Source: an uncultured virus (IMG/VR IMGVR_UViG_3300030107_004497)
Lineage: Duplodnaviria > Heunggongvirae > Uroviricota > Caudoviricetes > Crassvirales
Virus record (IMG/VR): IMGVR_UViG_3300030107_004497
DNA length: 64,000 bases
Reading direction: 5' to 3' (one strand)
Both the position numbers and the translations under genes were made by a program. Shown here piece after piece: positions 1 to 8,680 of the stretch. Every line of letters begins with the position of its first letter. Positions within the stretch are counted from its first letter, which is position 1. The notes beneath the pieces were generated by a model, which was not told the origin of the DNA, ran no database searches, and worked only from the letters and a program-made list of their open reading frames with translations.

Positions 1-1607
1 AAATTTTGAAATTTAACTTTAAGCACTTTAACTTTTGTTGTTTTTGCTTCGTAGTCTCTATGTACCAATAATCCATGGTAACTAGCATCGTACCATTCAC
101 CACCTCCTTTGATATTGTACATTGTTGGTTCTTCAATTTTTCCATCTTGTCCTTTATACATTTTAGTTGGGTGTGCAACAATAAACGTTAACACATCATA
201 TTTTTTACAAAAAGTTTCAATTTTAGCTAAGTAATCCATTGTATAACGGTTTACATCATCTGACACTGCGTTTGTATCTCTAATCTTATTAAATGGATCA
301 ATAACTAAACATTTAATACCTTTACGTTTAACTAGCTCAGCGCCTTTACGTAATACAGATTCTAAGCTATATTTATCCATATCAATAAAGAAATAATTAT
401 CATTAACATGGTTTGCAACTTCTTTCCACTTATTACCTCCAATATCTCCTGGTGATGGCATATCCTGCCATGTTTTTCTCATTAATTTATGAGCATGAAG
501 ATATACTGGTTGATTCTCTGGGCTAGCATAAGCAGTTTTCCAGCCATATAGGTTATTATACCCCACAACCATTTGATCAACAAAATCAGACTTGCCGCTA
601 CTAGGAATCCCAGTGACAGTAATAAACTGACCAGTATATGTAGAAAATATTTTATCAAAGTTTTTAAGCCCGATTTGAAATCCAGGTTTGAAACCGTTTT
701 TAACAAAGTCTCTAAGTTCATCTTCAACGTCTTTTAAGGTTGATACATTTTCCAGTGGCACAGGTCTTGCGGTGTGTATAGCATTTTTAAGTGCATCAGC
801 ACCGTGTTCTAATAAGAAATCGTTTGCGTCTTTGTTACCATTAAAATCTATAAGATAACATACTTCTGCTCCTAAACGTCTAACAAGTTCTCGTTGTAAC
901 ATTTGACCTGGTTCATCTTGATCTACCGCTAGAATTATTCTTGTCTTGTCGTCAAAATAATCAATACAATTGTCTAAGTAATCTAAATTGTTATTATTTA
1001 ACGTAGCACCGTTGGGTACTGATACAGCGTTTGGTATTCCAGCTTCATGTAATGCTAAAACATCCATTTCACCTTCAACTATAACACAAGTATCATAACC
1101 CACGATACTATTAATATTGTAAAATACTTTTTCAGCACCTTTATAAAGTTTAAAGTTTTTTCTACCATCTCTATATTTTACATTGATCAACTGATCACCT
1201 ATAAAATAATTAAATTGAATAGTATTTTCTTTCTTTCCTGTTTGAGGCATAAACTCAGGGCCTTCAGTAACCTGAAGATCTCTAAGTGTTTGCTTTGATA
1301 TACCTCTTGTACCAAACCACGTTTCAACATTCGTACTTACCTCATTAAATTGTTCTGGTGTTTCAGGTCTTACATAAACTCTTTCACTAGAACCTTTACG
1401 TTGATAAGTGTGAAGTTGAAAAGTAGTATTACAGTTGTGACAGGTGCCGAGACCACGTTCCCAATCATAGCTAGCACATTGTGCTTTCTGATTTTTAGGT
1501 TTCCTAGTATGAGAACATAAAGGACAAACTCCTTGTGTAGCTTTCTCTTTTAGGTTGTATTGATTAAACTTGTCAATCAAGAATCCATTGATCTCCTCTG
1601 TATTCAT
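1..1607 (-). CDS. Primase-helicase, T7 gp4/Twinkle type (runs off left edge)
   Basis: Not in ORF track; translated by hand from ATG at 1607. Zn-binding CPLCSH...CHNC, TOPRIM IVEGEMD and AVDQDEPG, KDAND, Walker A TGIPSSGKS, Walker B LVIDPFN, VAHP. Confidence 0.93.
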   Translation of the reverse strand, partial: MNTEEINGFLIDKFNQYNLKEKATQGVCPLCSHTRKPKNQKAQCASYDWERGLGTCHNCNTTFQLHTYQRKGSSERVYVRPETPEQFNEVSTNVETWFGTRGISKQTLRDLQVTEGPEFMPQTGKKENTIQFNYFIGDQLINVKYRDGRKNFKLYKGAEKVFYNINSIVGYDTCVIVEGEMDVLALHEAGIPNAVSVPNGATLNNNNLDYLDNCIDYFDDKTRIILAVDQDEPGQMLQRELVRRLGAEVCYLIDFNGNKDANDFLLEHGADALKNAIHTARPVPLENVSTLKDVEDELRDFVKNGFKPGFQIGLKNFDKIFSTYTGQFITVTGIPSSGKSDFVDQMVVGYNNLYGWKTAYASPENQPVYLHAHKLMRKTWQDMPSPGDIGGNKWKEVANHVNDNYFFIDMDKYSLESVLRKGAELVKRKGIKCLVIDPFNKIRDTNAVSDDVNRYTMDYLAKIETFCKKYDVLTFIVAHPTKMYKGQDGKIEEPTMYNIKGGGEWYDASYHGLLVHRDYEAKTTKVKVLKVKFQN

Positions 1608-1916
1608 CTAAAATGGTAAATCTGGTTCAGCTGCAGCAGGAGCAGGCGCTGGAGCAGATTGATTATCTCTTGGAGCTGGATCAACATTCTGACCATTAGT
1701 CCAAACTACTTTTACATTACCAAGGTAAGTTTTAGGTGCTTTAGCATCTCTTTCTTCCTTAGTTTGTTCTACAACTACAGGGCCTTGATTACCGAATTGA
1801 TCTAATTCATCATTTAAAGTAATTGTAATTGGTAAATATTTACCTTTTTTACCTTCAAAGATTCTATCTTTAGGTATATTATTAAGGTTAATACTTGTTT
1901 TAATAATACTTGCCAT
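1608..1916 (-). CDS. Single-stranded DNA-binding protein (phage type)
   Basis: Small beta-rich protein with Pro/Ala linker and acidic C-terminal EPDLPF tail; adjacent to primase-helicase. Confidence 0.7.
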   Translation of the reverse strand: MASIIKTSINLNNIPKDRIFEGKKGKYLPITITLNDELDQFGNQGPVVVEQTKEERDAKAPKTYLGNVKVVWTNGQNVDPAPRDNQSAPAPAPAAAEPDLPF

Positions 1917-1918
1917 AA

Positions 1919-2074
1919 TTAATAATTATTTATTTGGTTAAACATTCTTTTTAATTGTTCTTTAGTAACATTAGTGTTTCTCCTAATATTATCTACAGCC
2001 TTTAAATGACTTTGGTTTTTGTAGAAATTATTAGTATTGGTTTTTACACCTGTTACATCGCATACTTTTTTCAT
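1919..2074 (-). CDS. Hypothetical protein, 51 aa (MKKVCDVTGVK...)
   Basis: Hand-translated; fills the gap between exonuclease and SSB in the same orientation. Confidence 0.6.
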   Translation of the reverse strand: MKKVCDVTGVKTNTNNFYKNQSHLKAVDNIRRNTNVTKEQLKRMFNQINNY

Positions 2075-2084
2075 AAAAATAGGT

Positions 2085-2858
2085 TTAAAGGGTTTTGCTT
2101 ATGAAGTATTGTTTAGGATCAAAATCCTTAGTTTTATAAAACAAGTCATAAGCTTCACTTGCTTTACTAACTTTTTCTTCTCCTTTTTCATAAAACTGTG
2201 GAGAACAATCGAACATACCAATTTGATGGGTGTTCTTATCAATAACTATAAATAACATCTCATATCCAAACAACTTACTATAAATATAAGCTTGTGAATC
2301 ATAGTTAAATTTAGACGCCGACCATTGAAACTTCTCAATATCAGCAGTTGTTTTTAAATCAATGACTAATTTTTCTTCATGGTTAACAATATCTGCTTTA
2401 CCTTTCCACTTGTTACCGAATAACTCTGTAACCATTGGAACTTCATATTCTACATATTCCGATACTTTATGTTTTACTTTTCGGAATTGTTCTCCTACTA
2501 TAAGATCTCTACATATGTCGTTGCTCATTACTTTCTCTCTCATTAATTCAATTGTATCTACTTCGTGTTGTAGTAGACATAGCTCACCACCTGCAACATC
2601 TTTATAGGCTTTAGTATTTCTAGTAGTTGATTTAACAACTTTGTATTTTTCTAGCTTGTCGGGTTCTAGAATACACGTGTGAAAATACCCACCAACTAAA
2701 AATGCTGGAGATGGTTTGCTTGGTTCGAAGGCTCTTAATGGATCTTTTAATAATCTACCAACGTGTGAGTTAGATAAAAACTGATTACCAAATTTACCAT
2801 AATAGTCTTCGTCGTTTTTAAGCCTTTGTAAGATCTGACTTTTCTTTTTTAAGATCAT
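2085..2858 (-). CDS. PD-(D/E)XK exonuclease (RecE/exonuclease VIII-like)
   Basis: LSNS, GGYFHTCILEP, KGKADIV...IDLKTT, YDSQAYIY motifs; next to ERF. Confidence 0.85.
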   Translation of the reverse strand: MILKKKSQILQRLKNDEDYYGKFGNQFLSNSHVGRLLKDPLRAFEPSKPSPAFLVGGYFHTCILEPDKLEKYKVVKSTTRNTKAYKDVAGGELCLLQHEVDTIELMREKVMSNDICRDLIVGEQFRKVKHKVSEYVEYEVPMVTELFGNKWKGKADIVNHEEKLVIDLKTTADIEKFQWSASKFNYDSQAYIYSKLFGYEMLFIVIDKNTHQIGMFDCSPQFYEKGEEKVSKASEAYDLFYKTKDFDPKQYFISKTL

Positions 2859-3396
2859 TTAATTCATTTGTTTGTTTAACTGTTAATTTATATTTTGTTT
2901 CAATAGCTTTAACTTCTCCACCTGCTAATACATATTCTCTAGCTTTTTGTAGTTGTTCAGCTGTAATTGTTGGTTTAGCTGCTTGCTTAATCTTATCAAT
3001 AGCTTTAGATGGTTTTTGAGCATCAGCATCTTCTGTGTCATCAATAAGCAATAGATTACCTAAGGCATATTTCTTACCGTAAGTTGACGCTGCACCGAAT
3101 TGCTGAGCAGTCTGCATGCCTTTTTGATTAAGGTCTACACCTACTAGAGCGGTCGCGTGTATAGCATTTTCGCCGTCTGATATTGTTGCTGTTGATTTCA
3201 TTGTTGGAACAGGGTCAGTTAATATTAATTCCTCATTAATTATAACTGTGACGCCATGCTCAATTAAGAAAGGCTTTATAGCCTCTAAGATGTCTTCTGA
3301 TTTTCGGAAGTGATACTTACCGAACGAATTATACGAAGACTTTTTCGCTTTTAGTTTAGTCTGTATGACTGCTAATTTTTGGTTTAATTCCTTCAT
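2818..3396 (-). CDS. erf: ERF-family ssDNA annealing protein (probable start MKELNQK at 3396)
   Basis: N..GKY.FR..EDIL, AQQFGAASTYGKKYAL, DDTEDAD signature. Confidence 0.9.
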   Translation of the reverse strand: MKELNQKLAVIQTKLKAKKSSYNSFGKYHFRKSEDILEAIKPFLIEHGVTVIINEELILTDPVPTMKSTATISDGENAIHATALVGVDLNQKGMQTAQQFGAASTYGKKYALGNLLLIDDTEDADAQKPSKAIDKIKQAAKPTITAEQLQKAREYVLAGGEVKAIETKYKLTVKQTNELNDLKKEKSDLTKA

Positions 3397-3420
3397 AATT
3401 TTGGTCTTTTGGTGTATATA

Positions 3421-3431
3421 TATAATTACAC
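3421..3431 (-). promoter_or_regulatory. Candidate middle/late promoter core GTGTAATTATA
   Basis: Intergenic, upstream of the recombination/replication block; similar cores at 12558, 48782 and 60726. Confidence 0.4.
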
Positions 3432-3458
3432 ATTTTTGTTTATATTTACACAAGTAAC

Positions 3459-4220
3459 TTACAGGTAGTCAATCACTTGCGAGTGGTCTACATTATCTAT
3501 TAATTTCTGTACAGCTTGCTTTTTTAATTGTGAAACTCTAACATAAGCGCCACTTCCTTCAATGTTTAAATAGCCTGCTATTTCTTTAGCAGAATGCTTA
3601 TCACAATCAAGTCCATAACTCAATCTTAATACATGAAATTCTTTATCTGTTAAATGTTGTTTTAACAAAGCTGTTAAATATATATTTAAGAATTCTTGAT
3701 TATATGGTTCTGATTTATCTTCAATTTGTAAAAATAAATCATCATCTTCTCTAGTTCCAGAATCAATACTTAAAAATATAGAATTAAAAAACATTGCAAC
3801 TGCTTTTTTATCTTTACCAAAGTTTTTACGTATACTATTTGTAACGTGTTCTGGTAATCTCATTTGTCCTCTATTAATGTCAATAGCTCTACGTATACCA
3901 CCTTTTATTCTTTTAGATAAAAATGATTTCATAGTTTTTTCTTTGTCTTCAGATTCTTCCATTTTTTCCCAATCAATACGATCAACTGCTTTTATTAAGT
4001 TTAAACTTCCCTCTTGAATTAAATCGTTTATACTCATCACGCCACAGGCTTGTTGAGATGTAGCAAATTTTCTAGCTATATTTTCTACTAATGGCATGAA
4101 TAAAGTTACTAATGTATCCCTATCATATAAAGAATAATGTTCTTTAATTTTAATTCGTTTAATTGTTTCTTCTAAATCTTTTTTATATCTAATGTAATTC
4201 TGTATATTATAACTTTTCAT
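3459..4220 (-). CDS. Phage-encoded sigma70-family RNA polymerase sigma factor
   Basis: Region 2 (PLVENIARKF, DLIQEGSLNLIKAVDR, IRRAI...MRLP) and region 4 HTH (LTDKEFHVLRLSYGL, KEIAGYL, RVSQLKKQAVQKL). Confidence 0.9.
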   Translation of the reverse strand: MKSYNIQNYIRYKKDLEETIKRIKIKEHYSLYDRDTLVTLFMPLVENIARKFATSQQACGVMSINDLIQEGSLNLIKAVDRIDWEKMEESEDKEKTMKSFLSKRIKGGIRRAIDINRGQMRLPEHVTNSIRKNFGKDKKAVAMFFNSIFLSIDSGTREDDDLFLQIEDKSEPYNQEFLNIYLTALLKQHLTDKEFHVLRLSYGLDCDKHSAKEIAGYLNIEGSGAYVRVSQLKKQAVQKLIDNVDHSQVIDYL

Positions 4221-4576
4221 TTATTTAATTTTTCGTTAATTCTTTCTTGTATTATCAATCTATCTTTGTATGTTGGTTGGTAATGATTCATCAACTCTTT
4301 TGGTACGTTATCCCAAGCTGAACTATAGTTTTGCACATTAAATCCTCTTTTTATACATTCTATATATAATTTCCAATATCTATTTTTAAGATATAATAAT
4401 TTGTTATAGAAGAACTTAACATGACCTGTACCTAGTTTAAATTCATCAGGTATTCCATTCATATTATACTTACCTTTAGCAATACAGTTTGGTATACGTT
4501 TTATTTCTCTATGTTCAGCTATTAAATGTTGATTAGTTAATTCAGCTGGTGGTATTCCCACGTTTATTCTAGTCAT
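4217..4576 (-). CDS. denV: Pyrimidine-dimer DNA glycosylase / endonuclease V (start MTRIN at 4576)
   Basis: MTRIN...L..QHL.AE.RE..R and F.LG.GHV.FFY.KL.YL match T4 DenV; ATGA overlap with upstream gene. Confidence 0.92.
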   Translation of the reverse strand: MTRINVGIPPAELTNQHLIAEHREIKRIPNCIAKGKYNMNGIPDEFKLGTGHVKFFYNKLLYLKNRYWKLYIECIKRGFNVQNYSSAWDNVPKELMNHYQPTYKDRLIIQERINEKLNK

Positions 4577-5190
4577 AATTGTTGGTTTAATAATTCTTTT
4601 TCTCGTTTTAAATCTGTACACATATTTCTATGTATAGTTCTTGTTGATACATTTAAATGTAATGCTAATCTTTTTATAGTTATCTTTCTACCACTATCAT
4701 TTACTGATAACATTAAATCATATATATCACTTTGTGTTACACTTTTAGATCTACCTATTAATTGTCCTACAATACGTAATTTTTCTTCTTTACACATTCT
4801 ATTAAATGGTTTAAATATAACTTTACGTAATTTATTCTTTGGCGGTTCATCTAAATCTAACATAGATACTTCATATACTATTTTACGTAATAATTCTGCA
4901 TGTATAACAAACGAAACAAAACCATTTGGTTTATGACATATAACTTCTGCTAATCTCATAAACTTATCTTGATCTAAATCTGGATTAAGATACCACAAAA
5001 CTAATAAATGCCACTTAAGTGATTTGTATGTAGTTATCTTAGCTGATGATCTAAATAGTTCATAACATTCATGCGTACCATTTAAATAAAACATATATAC
5101 TTCATTCTCTTGATCTGGTTTATCTGTTATTGGTAACCTACGATATATTATTCTATTATCATTTAAATATTTAAGGTTTCTATGTGACAT
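4573..5190 (-). CDS. DNA-binding protein with C-terminal HTH (possible replication initiator or regulator)
   Basis: KITIKRLALHLNVSTRTIHRNM helix-turn-helix; inverted repeat overlaps its start codon. Confidence 0.65.
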   Translation of the reverse strand: MSHRNLKYLNDNRIIYRRLPITDKPDQENEVYMFYLNGTHECYELFRSSAKITTYKSLKWHLLVLWYLNPDLDQDKFMRLAEVICHKPNGFVSFVIHAELLRKIVYEVSMLDLDEPPKNKLRKVIFKPFNRMCKEEKLRIVGQLIGRSKSVTQSDIYDLMLSVNDSGRKITIKRLALHLNVSTRTIHRNMCTDLKREKELLNQQL

Positions 5191-5228
5191 TAGCCTGTTA
5201 CTCTTTATCTTTAGGGGCTGTTGTCACA
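5183..5228. promoter_or_regulatory. Inverted-repeat operator-like site, copy 1
   Basis: TGTGACATTAGCC-N20-GGCTGTTGTCACA; left arm shared with 12488-12530. Confidence 0.65.
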
Positions 5229-5332
5229 GTCCCTTGTGGTTTTAATTTTGCAATAATTATTCTTGTTTCATTATCATTAGGATATTTTATTTCATTCCAT
5301 AATTTAATTTTTTCTATTAATTTATCATCCAT
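5198..5332 (-). CDS. Hypothetical protein, 44 aa (MDDKLIEK...)
   Basis: Hand-translated, operon-packed. Confidence 0.45.
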   Translation of the reverse strand: MDDKLIEKIKLWNEIKYPNDNETRIIIAKLKPQGTVTTAPKDKE

Positions 5333-5429
5333 TTTCTTTTATTACTTTAGTTATTAATTTTACTAATTTTTCCAAGGCTACAGCTACACGTTTAATATCT
5401 TTGTATAACTCTTGTTCATTTCTATTCAT
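5325..5429 (-). CDS. Hypothetical protein, 34 aa (MNRNEQELYKDIKR...)
   Basis: Hand-translated; overlaps neighbours by a few bases. Confidence 0.45.
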   Translation of the reverse strand: MNRNEQELYKDIKRVAVALEKLVKLITKVIKENG

Positions 5430-6261
5430 AATCTCTAATACATTTAAATAACGGATGTCTATAACTACCCGCTTTTGTTCGTTCAAAATACGTGAACGTC
5501 GCTGTTTTACCTACATAATCTTGCATAGCTTTAAAATTATTTTGTAAATATTTAAATTTATCCATAACTGGCATGCCAAACTCAACACCATTAGCATCAA
5601 CCGCTAAGAACTTTCCAATAGTGCCTATACGTTTACCTTTACCTTCAACCCAACCTGTAATAGTAGCTTCGGTATCATGAAAGTCTTTGAATTTACGTAA
5701 TGACCATGATCTACCACATTTATATACATCGTTAGTACGTAATATAGAACCTTCGTAACCTCCAGCTAAATAGCTTTCGTGAAAAGCTTTAGCATCAGAT
5801 TCATCAGCTAAATATACAGTATTAACAAGTTTTACACAGTAACTAGGTTTTAAGTTTTTATTAATAAAAGCTTTACGATTGTAAAAAGAAACAGATTCAT
5901 CAACAGCGTCATAACAATGAAACTGCACGTTATCGCGTGATTCTGCACGTGCCTCTACTGTTGGTTTTGTTTTTCTGACCATAGATATGATTTTTTCGAA
6001 ATTATCTTTGTAGTCATGATTATATAATTCACCGTCGAGTATAACATCAGGGTGTTTATCAAAGAACTTATATAAGTTTACAATAATATGCTCTATGTTT
6101 TGCCATACTTTACCTGTACGTGAATAAGCTGTAACTTTACCTGCATCATATTGTATAAGACAACGTACACCATCAAGCTTTGGTTGCATAAATATCTTTT
6201 CATTGTAGTTAATTGGTCTGTCGCTTACTGGATAAGCTAACATTGGTTTTTTTCTCATCAT
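5422..6261 (-). CDS. lig: ATP-dependent DNA ligase (probable start MMRKKPMLA at 6261)
   Basis: PMLA, QPKLDGVR (catalytic Lys), LDGELY, EGSILR, RKFKDF, C-terminal RHPLF. Confidence 0.93.
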   Translation of the reverse strand: MMRKKPMLAYPVSDRPINYNEKIFMQPKLDGVRCLIQYDAGKVTAYSRTGKVWQNIEHIIVNLYKFFDKHPDVILDGELYNHDYKDNFEKIISMVRKTKPTVEARAESRDNVQFHCYDAVDESVSFYNRKAFINKNLKPSYCVKLVNTVYLADESDAKAFHESYLAGGYEGSILRTNDVYKCGRSWSLRKFKDFHDTEATITGWVEGKGKRIGTIGKFLAVDANGVEFGMPVMDKFKYLQNNFKAMQDYVGKTATFTYFERTKAGSYRHPLFKCIRDYE

Positions 6262-6262
6262 A

Positions 6263-6574
6263 TTATTTGTATTTTTTAAGGATTTTATTAATTTCATCCA
6301 TGCGGTTTTTTATTATTGCACATTTTTCATACTCTTCATCTTCTTGATATAAGTTAAGTAATGTCATTAGTTTAGCTGCCTCACCTAAAGCATTGTATTC
6401 TTCTGATACTTCAAGATCTTGGTAAGCCGTTGACCAAGCTATGTCAGACTTGGCCACGTGATGAAACCAGTCTTCCATAGACTTAAGTTTAACCATACGG
6501 CTTACGATCTTGATAGCCAACGCATTAAGTTCAGCTTCATTCATCATACAATCGTTTTTTAACACGTGCATCAT
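6263..6574 (-). CDS. Hypothetical protein with C-terminal UVR-like motif
   Basis: EDEEYEKCAIIKNRM; start moved downstream because a promoter motif lies at 6616-6647. Confidence 0.6.
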   Translation of the reverse strand: MMHVLKNDCMMNEAELNALAIKIVSRMVKLKSMEDWFHHVAKSDIAWSTAYQDLEVSEEYNALGEAAKLMTLLNLYQEDEEYEKCAIIKNRMDEINKILKKYK

Positions 6575-6615
6575 ATCGAGAAGAGCTTTATTTGTTATTC
6601 GTTTTTTGTTATTAT

Positions 6616-6647
6616 TATTATCCTTAGTCATTTGTATTCTCTTTGTA
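6616..6647 (-). promoter_or_regulatory. Early promoter-like motif, copy 1
   Basis: TACAA-N4-AATACAA-N8-GGATAATA with exact spacing. Confidence 0.75.
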
Positions 6648-6980
6648 TTTATCAATTAGTTTTTGTGGTTCACCTACAAATATACATTCAAAGTCATCGC
6701 CATTACCCATACCTTCAAATATACTAATCCATGTGGTTTTACCTGGTGTTTGCCATATATAATATACGTATTCTAAATCGCCATGCCTAGTGTCTAGATA
6801 TTCTATTTCCCATCCCTCTACCTTCATTGAATCTAATAGTGATTCAGCTATTTCTACACCTAATCCTTCTGGATAGCCATCACTGTGGTTGTAGAACTGC
6901 GCGTGTATAGCATTTGGGTGTTCATTAAAGCTTACACCAGTTTCTCTTGTTGCAAATCTAATTTGTGCTCTTGTACTCAT
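6624..6980 (-). CDS. Conserved phage hypothetical protein
   Basis: MSTR...YNHSDGYPEGLG...HGDLEYVY, a motif pattern common in phage early proteins. Confidence 0.75.
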   Translation of the reverse strand: MSTRAQIRFATRETGVSFNEHPNAIHAQFYNHSDGYPEGLGVEIAESLLDSMKVEGWEIEYLDTRHGDLEYVYYIWQTPGKTTWISIFEGMGNGDDFECIFVGEPQKLIDKYKENTND

Positions 6981-7555
6981 ATATTTATTGTTTTATAAAA
7001 CATTACAAATACTTCTCTACCTTGTTTCCATGATTTGTTTGGGTATTTACTATGAAAGTAATTAGCAGGGTAAGATATTGCTCTGTTTTGGTTATATCCT
7101 ATTACACTATCAAGAGTCCACATATCTAAGTTTTCAGACTCTTTTAATATCATTCTATCAAATTCTTTATCAGTTATATTATCTGGTAATGATTTACCAT
7201 AAGTTTTGTGTCTCCATAAAGCTGTACCATGTAACTCATTTATTTTTCTTGGAGATATATATAATACTAAAGCTCTATCTGGTTGTTGACCTTCTATTTT
7301 TAGATCACTATGTATTCTCCAATTAGTATCTAATACATTATTTGAAACTCTAAAAAAACTAAGTATAGGTTCTACTATGTTACCTTCTAAAGTACTTAAA
7401 CTGCCACTCACATGATTAATAAATGGTTGGGTAGCTTGTTGTATATAAAAAGATTTACCTGGAGTTTTAAGCTCTTGATAATCTTGAGTTGATAAATCTT
7501 TTATTGTTTCATCTAATATATAATTAGGCAAGAAATCGTCTATAAAATATATCAT
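6977..7555 (-). CDS. 2OG-Fe(II) oxygenase-like protein
   Basis: IDDFLP, IHSD (HxD), GTALW, NRAISYPANYFHS, R..FVMF. Confidence 0.75.
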   Translation of the reverse strand: MIYFIDDFLPNYILDETIKDLSTQDYQELKTPGKSFYIQQATQPFINHVSGSLSTLEGNIVEPILSFFRVSNNVLDTNWRIHSDLKIEGQQPDRALVLYISPRKINELHGTALWRHKTYGKSLPDNITDKEFDRMILKESENLDMWTLDSVIGYNQNRAISYPANYFHSKYPNKSWKQGREVFVMFYKTINI

Positions 7556-7650
7556 TCTTCATCATCTTTAAATGTTGGTGCAAAATATGCTTCTAATACA
7601 CAAATAGTCATTAAAATTATATATAAAATTGCAAATAGTTTTATTGTCAT
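7552..7650 (-). CDS. Small membrane protein, 32 aa
   Basis: Hand-translated MTIKLFAILYIILMTICVLEAYFAPTFKDDEE. Confidence 0.5.
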   Translation of the reverse strand: MTIKLFAILYIILMTICVLEAYFAPTFKDDEE

Positions 7651-7652
7651 AA

Positions 7653-7904
7653 TTAATCTAATAAGTCCATATAGGCGTTAATATTATTTTTAGAAAACCA
7701 TCTTAAACCTTTGTGAAAGTCATCTAACATTTTATCATTTTGCATTCCCATATCAAAACACATTTGTGCTCCCGTAATAAAGTCATACATAGATAGTTCA
7801 ACAGCGGTTAATTCAACTTCTACTCCTGTAAAAGGATTTGATACAGTATCTCCTTCTTCATATAACGCGCCGTTAAACCAATCTGGTAATTTTTGTTTTT
7901 TCAT
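7653..7904 (-). CDS. Hypothetical protein
   Basis: ORF track; operon-packed. Confidence 0.75.
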   Translation of the reverse strand: MKKQKLPDWFNGALYEEGDTVSNPFTGVEVELTAVELSMYDFITGAQMCFDMGMQNDKMLDDFHKGLRWFSKNNINAYMDLLD

Positions 7905-8173
7905 AATTCTAATTTTTCATATTTATAATAATACTCTTGTACTGTTTGTATTATATGTCTACCTGTTGCAGTGTGAAAACCATAATTATGTGTATGCAAC
8001 AATGGTATTGGATCATTAAAGAATACTAATTTTAAAAAATCCTGAGCTTTATAATGACCAAACTTGTAGGCCGCATCATTACAAGCGGCAGCAATACAAT
8101 TAGGACAATGTCTTAGCTCTTCATCTGATCGCCAAGCCATATATTCTTTTACTTTCTTAGTTGTTAGTTTCAT
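7901..8173 (-). CDS. Hypothetical protein (probable start MKLTTKK)
   Basis: ORF track with adjusted start. Confidence 0.65.
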   Translation of the reverse strand: MKLTTKKVKEYMAWRSDEELRHCPNCIAAACNDAAYKFGHYKAQDFLKLVFFNDPIPLLHTHNYGFHTATGRHIIQTVQEYYYKYEKLEL

Positions 8174-8540
8174 TTGTTTCTTCTTCATCGGTTGGACATT
8201 CAGCTTCTTTAAATAAGTTAAGTACTTTGTCGACAATTTTCTCAGTTAATTCATAAGTCTGTTGAAACTCAAGGCTATTAGCATTAACTCTACCATCATA
8301 ATCTAACTCATATTCTATATGATAGTTATCAGTATCTTCAAAGTCAAAATCATTTACAGCATTCTCAACAGCATTATGAATATCATCTAGTTGAGATGGT
8401 GTTAACTCTGGTTTATTATAGTCATCTAATTGTTTTTGAGTTGACTTCAAATCGTTTTGATACGTGGCACTAAAGTCGTTGTGCTCTTTTATTGCTTTTT
8501 CTAAGCCAGCAATCTTTAGCTCTAAATCTTTTTGGTTCAT
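8157..8540 (-). CDS. Hypothetical acidic/coiled-coil protein
   Basis: ORF track; directly downstream of a promoter motif. Confidence 0.75.
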   Translation of the reverse strand: MNQKDLELKIAGLEKAIKEHNDFSATYQNDLKSTQKQLDDYNKPELTPSQLDDIHNAVENAVNDFDFEDTDNYHIEYELDYDGRVNANSLEFQQTYELTEKIVDKVLNLFKEAECPTDEEETNETNN

Positions 8541-8562
8541 ATTATTTAATTTTATTTGTTTA

Positions 8563-8594
8563 TATTATCCTTCTTTATTTGTATTTAATTTGTA
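8563..8594 (-). promoter_or_regulatory. Early promoter-like motif, copy 2
   Basis: Exact consensus spacing. Confidence 0.8.
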
Positions 8595-8597
8595 ATT

Positions 8598-8675
8598 GTA
8601 GCTAGTGAGGAATCGAACCTCATTGTTTTCAACTCGAGCGCAACCGAGTTTCCTGTATCTCCAGTACCTAGCTTC
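8598..8675 (-). ncRNA. tRNA-like RNA (non-canonical cloverleaf)
   Basis: AGCTAG/CTAGCT acceptor, CTG/CAG D-like arm, AACTCG/CGAGTT arm with 8-nt loop, T-arm TGAGG-TTCGATT-CCTCA; no encoded CCA. Confidence 0.65.
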
Positions 8676-8680
8676 CATAA

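Noticed and set aside
482..727. ORF-track 81-aa hydrophobic ORF
   Set aside because: Alternate frame inside the primase-helicase gene (1-1607).
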